Assembly (NCBI RefSeq): GCF_004010195.1
Contig: NC_057719.1
Location: 18,319,438 to 18,383,437, forward strand
Direction: 5' to 3'
DNA from: Chiloscyllium plagiosum
Taxonomy: Eukaryota
DNA: 64,000 bases
Part shown: piece by piece, positions 13,183 through 26,245 of the stretch
Layout of the letters: the number at the start of each line of letters is the position of its first letter
Numbering within the stretch: the first letter of the stretch is position 1
Program-made: the position numbers and the translations under genes
Notes under the pieces: generated by a model
Seen by the model: only the letters and a program-made list of their open reading frames with translations
The model's database searches: none
Told to the model about the DNA's origin: nothing

Positions 13183-13860
13183 GAGAAGAAAGTGAGGACT
13201 ACAGATGCTGGAGATCAGAGTTGAGAGCGTGTTGCTGGGAAAGCACAGCAGGTCAGGCAGCATCTGAGGAGCAGGAGAATTGATGTTTCGGGCATAAGCA
13301 CTTCATCAGGAACAATGCTTGTGGGCTAGAGCTGAGAGGTAAATGGGAGGCGGGTGGGTAACTGAGAAAGCTATAGGTGGATGAAGGTGTAGGAGAAGGT
13401 GATGGTCAGAGAGGGGAGTGATGAATAGGTCTTGAGAGTGGTGCCGATTTGGAGGCTTGGGACTGGGATAATGTGGAGGGAGGGGAAATGTGGAAGCTGT
13501 TAAAATCCACATTTATCCCATGTAGTTGCGGGGTCCCAAGGTGGAATGTGAGGCATTCTTCCTTCAGGCGCCGGGTGGTAACGCATTGGCAGTGGAGGAG
13601 GCCCAGGACCTGCATGTCCTTGATGGAGTGGGAGGGGGAATTGAAGTGTTCAACCAACCCCACCGCCCCGTGGCTGAACACTTCAACTCCCCCTCCCACT
13701 CCATCAAGGACATGAAGTTCCTGGGCCTCCTCCATCGCTAAAATGTTACCACCCAATATCTAGAGGAAGAATGCCTCACATTCCGCCTTGGAACCCTGCA
13801 ACCACACGGGATAAATGTGGATTTCAACAGCTTCCTCATTTCCTCTCCCCTCATATTATT
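13183..13860 (-). mobile_element. PLE family A with GIY-YIG endonuclease C-terminus and 5' inversion
   Basis: VEHFNSPSHSIKDMQVLGLLHC...TTRRLKEECLTFHLGTPQLHGINVDF (ORF 13406-13756) is typical of the Penelope EN C-terminus. Hammerhead motif on the minus strand at 13282-13309; ~190-bp inverted arms around 13657-13670. Confidence 0.8.
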
Positions 13861-15026
13861 CATGTATTGAGCACGGTGTATAACTGTTCAATATCGCCCA
13901 AATGAATGTGCTCTGCCATCAGTTCCAATACTTCTGTGTTTCATTTTAATTCCCTATTCATGCTTTTCAAAAAATGTTAGAGAACATTTTTGTTCCTCTT
14001 CAAATTTTTTCTCACTCTCTCTTTCTCTGCTCAAAGCAGATTTCTTAACTCACTGACTGCGACAAATTTGGGAGATTCTAATTTTCATGTTTTCCCCTTC
14101 TGGGTGGCTTTGTGACTCATGCAACATTTTAGAATCATAATATATTCCTTTCATACAGACTTAGAGTGAACAGTAGAAAAAAAACTCTGTTCCATGCACA
14201 GAAATATCAAAACTGCTAAACAGAAAAAGTCTAATGTCTGTTTAATTTGAATTTTACATTCAGAGCCCTTACAGCATACTGTATTAATGGAGCTGTTGTC
14301 TAAATATAGGATCAATCTCTATAATAGGTACACCCAGAAATGACAGACAGAAAGCCCCATGGGTGGAGAGCTTTGGGAACCATAGGCTTAAAATCACCTC
14401 TTTCTCCCAAATATGTTACATTTTCCAAGTCTCTTATATCCTGTCACAAGTTACTTACATACTGTATATCCCATAGTATAACTTTCTGAAAGAAATCTGG
14501 CTAAGTTACATTTGAGTGAATCATTGCTCTCTATTTCCATAGACCTGTTAGGATGTCTGCTCCATTGCTTGACCACTTAATCACCAAAATAATGGATGTC
14601 ATTTGGTATACTCCCAGGAGAATGCTATGAGGAGGTTGGAAAGTCAGGAGATTGAGAATGCATCGTTTTCCTACTTGAAAATCAAGGATGGAATTTTGCC
14701 TTGAACTCTTGGAGACCCCAAATGGCTTTGAGAAAGGCAAACCAAGAGGTGATAATTCTGCAGCAGGTAACTTCATTCCTGGTCTACCAAAGCCTGTCCA
14801 CTATCTACAAGGTAAAATTAGAAGTGTGAAGGAATATATTCCACGTGCCTGAATGGTTGCACTTCCCACAGCAGTTCAAAAAGGCAGACCACTACTAGAT
14901 TCTCAAGGGCAATTAGGGACTAGTAATAAATATTGGTCTAGCCAGTGATACCCACCCTCCCTGAAGAAATGTATCCCAATGTTCCCAAATCTCTTTAATA
15001 ACTTCCCAGAGCTTTAACCATATTTG

Positions 15027-15232
15027 GAGAAAGTGAGGACTGCAGATGCTGGAGATCAGAGCTGAAAAATGTGTTGCTGGAACAGCGTAGCAGGTCAGGC
15101 AGCATCCAAGGAGCAGGAGAATCGACGTTTTGGGCATAAGCCCATCTTCAGGAAATGCCCGAAACGTCGATTCTCCTGCTCCTTGGATGCTGCCTGACCT
15201 GCTGCGCTTTTCCAGCAGCACATTTTTCAGCT
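15027..15232. mobile_element. PLE family A palindromic mini-insertion
   Basis: 78-bp inverted arms (15060-15137 / 15155-15232) with a 17-nt spacer. Exact 17-bp TSD AGCTTTAACCATATTTG at 15010-15026 and 15229-15245. Confidence 0.85.
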
Positions 15233-16109
15233 TTAACCATATTTGTGAGCAAAGACATGATTCTCCAACATCCTGAATCACATCGGCCAAGTTTTTTGTT
15301 CAAAGAGGAATAACATCTGCCTCTCTCCATTTTACAAGCACCCTTCCAGTAGTCAGTAATTTCTGAAAGATTTGTCTTTGGATTCCTGCAATTTCCTCAC
15401 TTGTTTCCTTAAGGATCCTTGGATGGATCTTATCTGGCTCCTGAGGTTTATTTACCTTAAGTTTCCACAGCTGGTTGACAACTCTGCTGGTGGAGAGTTA
15501 CCTCTCTAACACCTTCTAGTTTTCCTTCAAGATCAAGTGCAAAACCTGTAACATCCCAAGTAAATACCTCTTTAGCTGCATCATAAATAAGCCATAGTTT
15601 CATTTAGAATCAGAACAATTTCCAGTTTAAATCAGATTCATGTTTTAAAATCAGAAATATTTTACTATTAAACTGGAAAATTGTGATTCCAAATCAAATG
15701 TATTTTTGTCAATGAAATAATCTACACTTTTAAGTATGAAACAGAAACAGAGAATTCTGGAGAATCTCCGCAGATCTGACGGAGTCTGTGGAGAGAGAAA
15801 CAGAGTTACATTTGGGATCGGATGGCTCTTCTTCAGAATTTCATTGTAACTTAGATGATTTTCAGTAACAAATCTGGGACATTTGGATTCTGAGTCATGT
15901 ACAGTTTCATATTAAAATTCATTCGAAATTGAACATATTTTAATTCAAAATTAAAATTCATTAAAATAACACTTTTATGTTATATAAATCTGGTAACTCA
16001 GAATTCAATTGACATTCCAAACTATAAAACAATGAGAGTTACAGTTAAAAGGAAATAAACCAAGGTTCTCTTTATTCATCTCTGGACTCTCTCCTCATTA
16101 ATGTCATTT

Positions 16110-16420
16110 AAATTCTCATCAATATAGAGAAGGTATTTCCACTTGTGGGAAAGTCTAAAAGCAGGGGCTATAAATGTGTGATAATCATTTATAAATCCAT
16201 TGAGGAATTCAGGAGAAACTTCTTTACACACCGCACTGTTGTAATGTGGAAATCGTGATCAGTTGGAATAGTTCAGGCAAATTGCATTGATGCATTTAAG
16301 AAAAAAAACTAGATCTGTTCATGAGGGAGAATGCAATAAAGGTATATTAATACAGTGAATGGGAATATTATGGATTCATTTGTATGCTGGCATAGAACTG
16401 TTGGTCTATTTCTGTGGTGT
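16110..16420 (+). mobile_element. Degenerate CR1 3' fragment
   Basis: FPLVGKSKSRG and EFRRNFFT motifs of the ORF2 C-terminus. Confidence 0.65.
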
Positions 16421-16944
16421 AAATTTGCTCTGTTTTTAAACAGCAATGGCCCCATCTCATTTGTCAGTGGTGATGGTTGAATCCAACCTGAAATCCCTCC
16501 AGAGGAGCACCCATGATTATTCTAGTGATTAACCCTGAGAAATATCGGGAGAAAAGGGAAACTGGATGGTGTGATAGGTTAGCACCTCTACCTTCTGCTC
16601 TGAAAATACAGCTTGTATCCATTGTTTTTTCATCTCTCCCATGAAAGGATCTCCTAAACAGTTGGTGATAAATATTCAGAGGTTGCCCTTACTTCAGCAC
16701 AGATATTACTTTGTTGGCAAGCTCATCTAGCGAAAACATAAGGATGACTGGGAAACATCGCAAGGTACAATAGAAGTTATCCAACTGAGGTTAGGTTTAA
16801 GCAACATGTTGAGGAAAAGTAGTGAGTGCTTTATTCTGCATCTAACAATTTAGGTGATTTGATGTGGACACTGGTTGCCTAGAAAGGTAAGACCTTTATC
16901 AAGGTTCTCTCAACCAACTGCAATCTTGGACAATATTTCACAAT

Positions 16945-17285
16945 TTCTCTTATTCAGACAAAGTTGGCAGTCACTTTACGCACAATAATAAAAAACATAT
17001 GGCAATGAGACAAAAATGAGCAATTGGTTTAAGTTTTTTTCTGGTTTATTGTTGATTGCTGATTGGTCAGGACACAAAGAAAATCTCATTCTTCAATTAG
17101 TTGCGTGGGGCCTTTTGAACTCTACCTTAAGCAGCAGAGACTGATGAAGCCTAAATTTAGAGCCTTATCCAAAGACTGGCCCACTTGATAATGCAAATTC
17201 CAGTGGATTGCCAATTTAGATTGGAAAAGTAGTGAATCCATACATCTCTCACTGGAGACAAGACTTCCACCCAGTGAACTCAGCT
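16945..17285 (-). mobile_element. Degenerate Deu-type SINE (SacSINE-like)
   Basis: By-eye similarity to the Deu domain (TTGGTCAGGACAC...CTTCAATTAGTTGC...TTATCCAAAGAC). A related plus-strand copy at ~57150-57830 is split by a CR1 fragment. Confidence 0.4.
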
Positions 17286-17489
17286 AAAACATTCCTTAGG
17301 ACTGAATTCCCTCACCTAGATAAGCAAACACCTTCAGCAATTCAAAAAAATCCATTAATTTAACAAACAACTTGCTATTTGCAAGGGCCCAGTAAGCAAA
17401 GGAAAGTCTAACATCCTGGATTCAAGAGAAAAATATACAATACAGAAAATTCCTCAGCAAAGATTGAATTCTCAGAGCAGACACTCCTC

Positions 17490-17740
17490 AGATACTAGAG
17501 TCAAGAGTGTGTTGCTGGGAAAGCACAGCAGGTCAGGCAGCATCTGAGGAGCAGGAGAATCAATGTTTCCGGCATGAGCCCTTCATCAGGAATGAGGCAT
17601 GTGGGCTGGGGCTGAGAGATAAATGGAAGGGGTTTGGGGTGGGTAGCTGAGAAAGCAATAGGTGGATGAAGGTGAGGGAGAAGGTGATAGGTCAGAGAGA
17701 GGAGTGATGGACAGGTCTGGAGGGCAGTTCCGAGTTGAAG
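17490..17740 (-). mobile_element. PLE family A 3' region
   Basis: Nearly the same sequence as 13215-13450, including the hammerhead motif on the minus strand at ~17562-17589. Confidence 0.75.
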
Positions 17741-19729
17741 TTTCTCACAGCTATTGAGTTGATTTACTTGATGTATTATTAATCAAAATCAGAATAACTC
17801 TGACATACGTATAAAAGAAAGTTTAAAATTTCCAATTATCTTGGAAAGCAGTAAGTCAAATAGAGACTTCAGAGACGAGAAATTGGGTGAATGGGAAAAT
17901 AACGAACTGGAGTTGAGGAGTAAAGATTGATGCATTCAGAAAGAATGGAATTGAATGTCTGGAAACTGAAAGTGGAAATGAGATTGAGGAACCATGGATT
18001 GAGTATGGGAAAATGAACCAGATGGCTTGAGGATTTACAAATTGAGAAAGAGTAATACAGAAGTGAAGGTTGAAGAACAAGTATTGAAGGAACACAAATT
18101 AAAATGAGAAAATTCAAGAATGCAAGATATAAACAAATAAGCTGAAGATGATGGAGTTTTCAAAAAATCAAGATTGAATGCTCAAAGATTGAGAGAATTT
18201 GAAATATGAGGAGAGATATTGAGAAAAAAAGTGTGAGAGAGAGAGATCATATCAGAGCTGAGTGCAGGGAATGAGGACAATGGATTTGTGAAAGAAATTA
18301 CTTTTAAAAAACTGGATTTCAAAACACGAACACTGCAAAAATGGTTGTGTCACTGGGTTAGTGATTTTTGGGGAATTAAATAAATATGCATTAAAGTAAA
18401 ATGATCTGTAGATTCAAAATGCAAATAAGACAGGTGATACAAATGTCACTATAATGTTATGTTAACCATTTAGAATGACAGTTACGTTTTAAGCACTCCA
18501 TTGACGAAACTGAAAAGAAAAACTGAAATACCAGTTGATAAATGGAACCAGGATTTCCTTAGGCTTTTGCAAGTTTAAAATAGGGGGAAATGAAATGCAG
18601 CTGTAAAATGGAAACCACCTTGATTTGTTTACATTTTCTCCAGAATTTACTCCACTTATTTTCCAGGGTTTTCAAATTAATGCAGTCACTGCCAAGAGGA
18701 AGGATTGTGACGAACAACTATCGGACACCTCAAAAACCATGCTGAACATTGACCCTTCACTCCAGCTTCAACCAAATTGTAAGACCTCATGAAATGAGTA
18801 AGAAATCATTTCTAAAAGCTATCGTGCAAGACAGATGTACTCACTCTAACATGGTAAAACATCCCCAGGTACTTCACAAGAGTAATAAGCAAGAAAAGAA
18901 AAGTTGATGCCAAGCCTCAGACGGTGATATCAGGACAGATGATCAAAAGCTTGGTTAAAGAGGTCATTTTTGAGAGCATCTTATGGGACACTATGACTCT
19001 AAATAGAAACGATTACTGAAGTGGACAAGTTTAAGGTAGATATTTCAGAGGTTGGGGTCTAGGAAATGCACAGGTGCCAAAAGGGCAGCAGATAAAATCA
19101 AGGATATGCAAAAGGTGAGAATTGCAAGAGCTCAGAGATCTCCAAGGACTGGAGAATGGCAGAAGATTATGGCTAGATAGAAAGAGGTGAATCCATTAGG
19201 AGGACTTAATAAATGACCAAGAAAATTAGAAGTATTTCTGAATTGAGAATCAATTTCGATCAAGGGGCATAGGGAGCAATGGATGAATGGAACTTAGTAT
19301 GTGTTAAAATAGAGTCATACACATCTGCAGCATTGAAACAGGGCCCTTGGCCCAACTGGTCCATGTTGCCCAAAGGTATGGATGATAGAGTTTTCATTCT
19401 GGGAATAGTTAAAAAGAATATAATTTTCCACAAGATCTGAGATTCACTATTATCTAATTGAAAGGGGTATTAAGAGCAGAGTGAAGTATCTTATAAGAGT
19501 TATTTTTGTTCAGCATTGATTGGAAGAGTCTGCATTGGTTACACACAATGACTGAATAATATGATTGTATCTCCCATCACTTTCAGTGTTACTAACTTAA
19601 TGTAACTTATTTTTTATATTTGTCTGCAATTAGCTAGGAAATGTATGATATAAAAATCTTCTCAAAGTAGCGTCTTGATATTATTATCTCCACAGTTCCT
19701 CCTCCATGAAAACCATCAGGATATAGCAA

Positions 19730-20012
19730 TATAAGATACAGGAACAGGACTAGGCCATAGGGTCCATAGAGCCTGATCTATAATTCAGTAAGATCTGGGT
19801 TGATCTTCTTCTGTCTCAACTCCATTTTCCCTCCCAATCCCCACAACCCTTGCTTTGCTTAGAATCCAAAAATCTACCAATCTCAGTCATGGGTGTACTC
19901 AGTAACTAAGCATTCACAGCCTTCTGTGGGAGAAAATTTCAAAAGTGCACAATCCTTGAAGTGAAGAAATCTCTCCTCATCTCAGTCCGAAATGGCTGAC
20001 ACCTTATCTTAA
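19730..20012 (-). mobile_element. CR1 LINE 3' end
   Basis: rc of tail (ATAAGATACAGGAACAGGACTAGGCCAT) and ORF2 end (AAGAAATCTCTCCTCATCTCAGTC). Confidence 0.75.
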
Positions 20013-21329
20013 TCGAACACAAAATGCTAAGTGACGTCTCCAGGGATGGACAGCTCAAATTATTATGTATAGCTTTGCATTGACTTGTACAATGAGGTAA
20101 AAGTGTTCACCCAATTTTCTTCTGTCCTCAGACAAAGGTTCATGCTGAAAGTCAAGTTTAATAGGCACTGATCATTTGTCATGTTAGATACCTAACAGTG
20201 AGTATCGGCAGGCTATTTACCTTTGGGGGGACTTTACATTTGAGAGTGATTCTGTAGTTATCTGATATCCAGTCACAAAGATATGTGAGGGCAGTACTCA
20301 CTTCACTGGAGATGAAAATCAAGAAAGACATGAAAGACATTTGAATCAATATAAATGTTTTTACAGTTTCACTCAAAGTTAAAATTACCACCATACACTT
20401 ATTAGCAAGACAGAGTGGATAGTAATGAAGAAGTGACTGCTTTTTAAGCCATAGTGTGATCTGCAAGAGGAGATGGTTAAAAATGGCAAAAGAAAAATTT
20501 AGAACAGATATCAGGAAGATGTTCTTTGCACAAAGTACAATCAACACTATCAGGTTGTTTTCTAAAATAGATTTCTGATCTGGACATTTAAACACAGATT
20601 AGATTTAAACACATTTTGGATCTATGTTAATCTTGAAATGGATTGTGATTTCTGATCTGTCTGATTTTCTGTTAAACCATGTCACTTACCCATTGAACTA
20701 TCAGGAAATGATGTTCTTTCCCAAGAGACAACAGCCATTTGAAAAAATTACATTATGCAAACTATTTCTAAACTTTAGTCTGTTGAATTGCCTCTGTTTT
20801 GTTTTTAGTTATCAAACATTCCTGCTCATGTAAGTACACATGATCAAACTCCTATTGTATTTAGTGCTGTTGAATGACAATTACGTCAGGTATTTCAGTG
20901 ATTATGTTGATCAAATATCAGCTGCAGCTAACTATGCTCTTTCAAACAATACTCAACACTTTAATCTGTGTTGGAGTAGAGATCCATTCTACTTTGCTTT
21001 AGCATTTAATTTAATTTGTGCCTTGTGCCTAACAAGCCACGATAGTTTGATCCATTCCATGATTTGTATTTGGCATTTGCTTTACTGTTGCTCATTCCAT
21101 TGTTGCATCTCATCATCGCTGTAGTATTTTGATTCATGTGCTGTTTTGAGTCTAGGGTTTGTCCTCGTCTCTGGCACCTACTGCAAGATTTTACTGGTCA
21201 GGTGTCCTTGTAGCAGGACAAACAGGAAACTTCAATAATGAACCCAGTTAGAGTTAATTCTTTGGATTCGCTGGCATTTTGTCAGGGGTAGAGTATCTCC
21301 AGACCTCTACTGCATGGGAAGGCTGTCAA

Positions 21330-24300
21330 CTTAATAAACCAAGCTGGGAAGGCTATTCTGGGTCTGTATATTGTGAAGGAGCAAATATGGCCTTTAGTAG
21401 AGTGCTATGTGCTTCTTGTCAGATGTGGGAGTTTAAAGAACGTTTAAGGGTTACTGTGGATTATATCTGCAATAAATGCTGTTGCTTGCGAATTTTATCA
21501 GATTGAATGGATTGGCTGGAGAGACAGTTAGAAGCAATGAGAAATTTGAAACAGCAACAGTATGTAATGGATGGCAGTTATAGGAAGGGAGGGAAAGTCT
21601 CAGATACAGTCACATAGATGGGTTAACTCCATGAAAGGTAAGAGAGGTAGGAAGCTAGTGCAGGAGTTTTTTGTGGATATACCCATTTCAAACAGATATG
21701 CTGATTTGGAAAATGTAGGGAGTGATGGATTCTCAGGGGAACGTAGCACAAACAGCCAAGTTTCTGGTATTGAGACTGGCTCTAATGCAATGAGGGGTAT
21801 GTCGGGTTCCAAGAGATCAATTGTGTTAGGGGATTCTCTAGACCAAGGTACAGACAGACGTTTCTGTGGCCAGCAGCAAAAAAATCAGAATGGTGTGTTG
21901 TTTCCCTGGTGCCAGGATCATGGGTGTCTCAGAGAGGGTGCAGAATGTTCTCAAGGGAGAGAGGGGCCAGTAAGAGGTCATTGTCCACATTGGAACCAAT
22001 GACATAGGAAGGGAAAAGGTTGAGATTCTGAAGGGAGATTACAGAGAGTTAGGCAGGAATTTAAAAAGGAGGTCCTTGAGAGTAGTAATATCTGGATTAC
22101 TCCTGGTGCTACGACCTAGTGAGGGCAGGAATAGGAGGATAGAGCAGATGAATGCATGGCTGAGGAGCTGGCTGAGGAGCTGGTGTATGGGAGAAGGATT
22201 CACATTTTTGGATCTTTGGAATCTCTTTTGGGATAAATGTGACCTGTACAAGAAGGACGGATTACACCTAAATTGGAAGGGGACTAATATACTGGCAGGG
22301 AGATTTGCTAGAGCTGTTCGGGAAATTTAAATTAGTAAGGTGGGGGGTGGGACCCAGGGAGATAGTGAGGACAGAAATCAATCTGAAACTGGTACAGTTG
22401 AGAACAGAAGCGAGTCAAACAATTAGGGCAGGCAGGGACAAGGTAGGACTAATAAATTAAACTGCATTTATTTCAATGCAAGGGAAGGCAGATGAACTCA
22501 GGGCATGGTTAGGAACATTGAATTGGGATATCATAGCAATTACAGAAAAATGGCTCAGGGATGGGCAGAACTAGCAGCTTAATGTTCCAGAATACAAATG
22601 CTATAGGAAGGATAGAAAGGGAGGCAAGAGAGGAGGGGGAGCGGGCTTTTTGATAAGGGATAGCATTACAGCTGTGCTGAGGGAGGATATTCCCGGAAAT
22701 ACATCCAGGGAAGTTATTTGGGTGGATCTGAGGAATAAGAAAGGATCACCTCATTAGGATTGTATTATAGACCCCCTAATAGTAAGAGGGAAATTGAGAA
22801 ATAAACTTCTAAGGAGACGTCAGTTATCTGTAAGAATAATAGGGTGGTTATAGTAGGGGATTTTAACTTTCCAAACATAGACTGGGACTGCCATAATGTT
22901 AAGGATTTAGATGGAGAGGAATTTGTTAAGTGTGAACAAGAAAATTTTCTGATTCAGTATGTGGATGTACTTCCTAGAGAAGGTACAAAACGTGACCTCC
23001 TCTTAGGAAATAAGGCAGGGCAGGTGACTGAGGTGTCAGTGGGGGAGCACTTTGGGGCCAGCGACCATAATTCTATTCATTTTAAAATAGTGATGGAAAA
23101 GGATAGACCAGATTTAAAAGTTGAAGTTCTAAATTGGAGAAAGGCCAATTTTGACAGTGTTAGGCAAGAACTTTCCAAAGCTAATTGGAGGTAGATGTTC
23201 ACAGGTAAAGGGACAGCTGGAAAATGGGAAGCCTTCAGAAATGAGATAACGAAATCCAGAGAAAGTATATTCCTGTCAGGATGAAAGGGAAGGCTGGTAG
23301 GTAAAGGGAATGCTGGATGACGAAAGAAATTGAGGGTTTGGTTAAGGAAAAGAAGGAAGCATATGTAAGGTATAGATAGGATAGATCGAGTGAATCCTTA
23401 GACGAGTATAAAGGAAGTAGGAGTATACTTAAGAGGGAAATCAGGAGGGCAAAAAGGGGACATGAGATAGCATTGGCAAATAGAATTAAGGAGAATCCAA
23501 AGGGTTTTTACAAATTATATTAAGGACAAAAGGGTAACTAGGGAGAGAATAGGGCCCCTCAAAGATCAACAAGGTGGCCTTTGTGTGGAGCCACAGAAAA
23601 TGGGGGACATACTAAATGAATATTTTGCATCAGTATTTACTGTGGAAAAGGATATAGAAGATATAGAATGTTGGGAAATCGATGGTGACACCTTGCAAAA
23701 TGTCCATATCACAGAGGAGGAAGTGTTAGATGTCTTGAAATGCCTAAAGGTACCCAAGAGCTTTGTGGGAAGCTAGAGGAGTGATTGCAGGGCCTCTTGC
23801 TGAGATATTTGTATCATTGATAGTCACAGGTGAGGTGCCGGAAGACTGGAGGTTGGTTAGTGTGGTGCCACTGTTTAAGAAGGGTGGTAAGGACAAGCCA
23901 GGGAACTATAGACCAGTGAGCCTGACGTCGGTAGTGGGCAAGCTGTTGGAGGGAATCCTGAGGGACAGGATATACAAATATTTAGAAAGGCAAGGACTGA
24001 TTAGGGATAGTCAACATGGCTTTGTGCGTGGGAAATCATGTCTCACAAACTTGATTGAGTTTTTTGAAGAAGTAACAAAGAGGATTGATGAAGGCTGAGC
24101 GGTAGATGAGATCTATATGGACTTCAGTAAGGTGTTCGACAAGGTTCCCCATGGGAGACTGATTAGCAAGGTTAGATCACATGGAATACAGGGAGAACAA
24201 GCCATTTGGACACAGAACTGGCTCAAAGGCAGAAGACAGAGGGTGATAGTGGAGGGTTGTTTTTCAGACTGGAGGCCTGTGACCAGTGGAGTGCCACAAG

Positions 24301-25282
24301 GATCGGTGCTGGGTCCTTTACTTTTTGTCATTTATATAAATGGTTTGGATGTGAGTATAAGAAGTACAGTTAGTAAGTTTGCAGATGACACCAAAATTGG
24401 AGGTGTAGTGGACAGCGAAGAGGGTTACCTCAGATTACAACAGGATCTGGACTAGATGGGCCAATTGGCTGAGAAGTGGCAGATGGAATTTAATTCAGAT
24501 AAATGAGAGGTGCTGCATTTTGGGAAAGCAAATCTTAGCTGGACTTATACACTTAATGGTAAGGTCCTAGAGAGTGTTGCTGAGCAAAGAGACTTTGGAG
24601 TACAGGTCCATAGCTCTTTGAAAGTGGAGACACAGGTAGATAGGATAGTGAAGAAGGCATTTGGTATGCTTTCCTTTATTGGTCAGAGTATTGAGTACAG
24701 GAGTTGAGAGGTTATGTTGCGGCTGTACAGGACATTGGTTAGGCCACTGTTGGAATATTGAGTGCAATTCTTGTCTCCTTCCTGTCGGAAAGATGTTGTG
24801 AAACTTGAAAGGGTTCAGAAAAGATTTATAAGGATGTTGCCAGGGTTGGAGGATTTGAGCTATAGGCTGATCAAGCTGGGGCTGTTTTCCTTGGAGCGTC
24901 GGAGTCTCAGGGGTGACCTTATAGAGGTTTATAAAATCATGAAGGGCGTGGATAAGGTAAATAGAGAAAGTCTTTTGCCCAGGGGAGGGGAGTCTAAAAC
25001 TAGAGGGCCTAAGTTTAGGGTGAGAGGGGAAAGATATAAAAGGGACCTAAGGGGCAACTTTTTCACAGACAGTGGTTTACGTATGGAATGAGCAGCCAGA
25101 GGAATGGTGAAGGCTGGTAGAATTACAGCATTTAAACAGCATCTGGATGGGTAAATGGATAAGAAGGGTTTAGAGCGATATGGGCCAAATGTTGGCAAAT
25201 GGGACTAGTTGAGGATATCTGGGTGTTATGGACAGGTTGGATGGAAGGTTCTGTTTCTGTGTCGTACAGCTCAATGACTCTA
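21330..25282 (+). mobile_element. Near full-length CR1 LINE (ORF1 + ORF2, both disrupted)
   Basis: ORF1 from ATG 21387 to 22330: Cys-rich CASCQMW...YICNKC, then SGNH-esterase motifs IVLGDS, HIGTND, DGLHLN. ORF2 ~22450-25210: EN (CIYFNAR, VIVGDFN, SDHN) and RT ([15 protein letters not shown]). Tail CTCAATGACTCTA. Multiple stops and frameshifts; the 5' boundary is approximate. Confidence 0.95.
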
Positions 25283-26007
25283 CAACCTCTGATCTTCCCA
25301 GGAAGTATTACCTTTTTATCTCTATCTTTAGCCAGAAGCAATCCTGAGCTTTCAAACCTGCATCATACAGCTCCATATTTCCCCAGGGCACAGCTGAGGT
25401 TTTGGAATTGCCAACATCTGCTTGGGACAATAGGCTGGTCTCTCTGTGAATAAATGTGAACCAGTGCAAGTTTGTGAGGGTCATCTGGTCAAGTTCACAG
25501 TAAAATCATGCGTTTTCGGTGATATAATGATTCTTTTCATGTTTTTTAGCTGATGCTTACTATAACATAGTGGTCAAGTCAATTTTCTCTTGCTGAATTG
25601 GATTAATGTTATGCCAATGAAAACCAGATTATCACCCACCAGTGATCTGGAGATCAATTTGCAGGAGCGATTTTCTGGGTCAGCTCACTCATTCATCTAG
25701 TGGAATACCCATTGTAATGGATCCCATGCAACACCAGGATAATGTGCTGGAATGCATGTAAACTGGAGTGCAGCCAGTTAGAAACACACGAGTCTGTGCC
25801 TGTGCAATTCAGCAACAGCCTAGCAAGTAAGGGGCAATGCGTGCTTGATTCTCCGACACCTTTACTGTAGGCCTCATCATTTAATTCAGCATATTCTTCA
25901 AGGGACATTAACTGCAGGTCCTTAAGCAGCAAACGGCCAAACATCGACAAAAAGGGCCTTTCTTGGAGAAAAGTTTATTAAAACTATTTAAAACTAAAAG
26001 TAAAAAC

Positions 26008-26245
26008 TATTTTTCTAGATGTACCATAGAAAGCATCCTATACGGATGCATCACAGCCTGATATGGCAATTCCTCTGCCCATGACCGCAAGAAATTACAG
26101 AGAATTGTGAACACAGCCCAGTCCACCACGAAAACCAACCTTCTATCCAATGACTCTGATGCCTTGGGAAAGGAGCCAACATAACCAAAGGCTCTTCTAC
26201 ACCAGTTATACTCTCTTTTACCCTCTTCCATTGGCAGAATAGGCC
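26008..26245 (+). mobile_element. Rex1/Babar-type LINE fragment
   Basis: RCTIESILYGCITA*YGNSSAHDRKKLQRIVNTAQS. Confidence 0.8.

Noticed and set aside
15027..15232. miRNA precursor or classical MITE
   Set aside because: The arms are PLE terminal sequence found elsewhere as single copies, the ends are asymmetric and the TSD is 17 bp.
20179..21124. Hydrophobic ORFs of 69-138 aa
   Set aside because: The composition reflects AT-rich DNA; no motifs.
21330..25282. Active autonomous LINE
   Set aside because: Both ORFs contain multiple stops and frameshifts.
25693..25950. 85-aa minus ORF in unique sequence
   Set aside because: No recognisable family and no convincing splice-site pair; it cannot be supported without a search.
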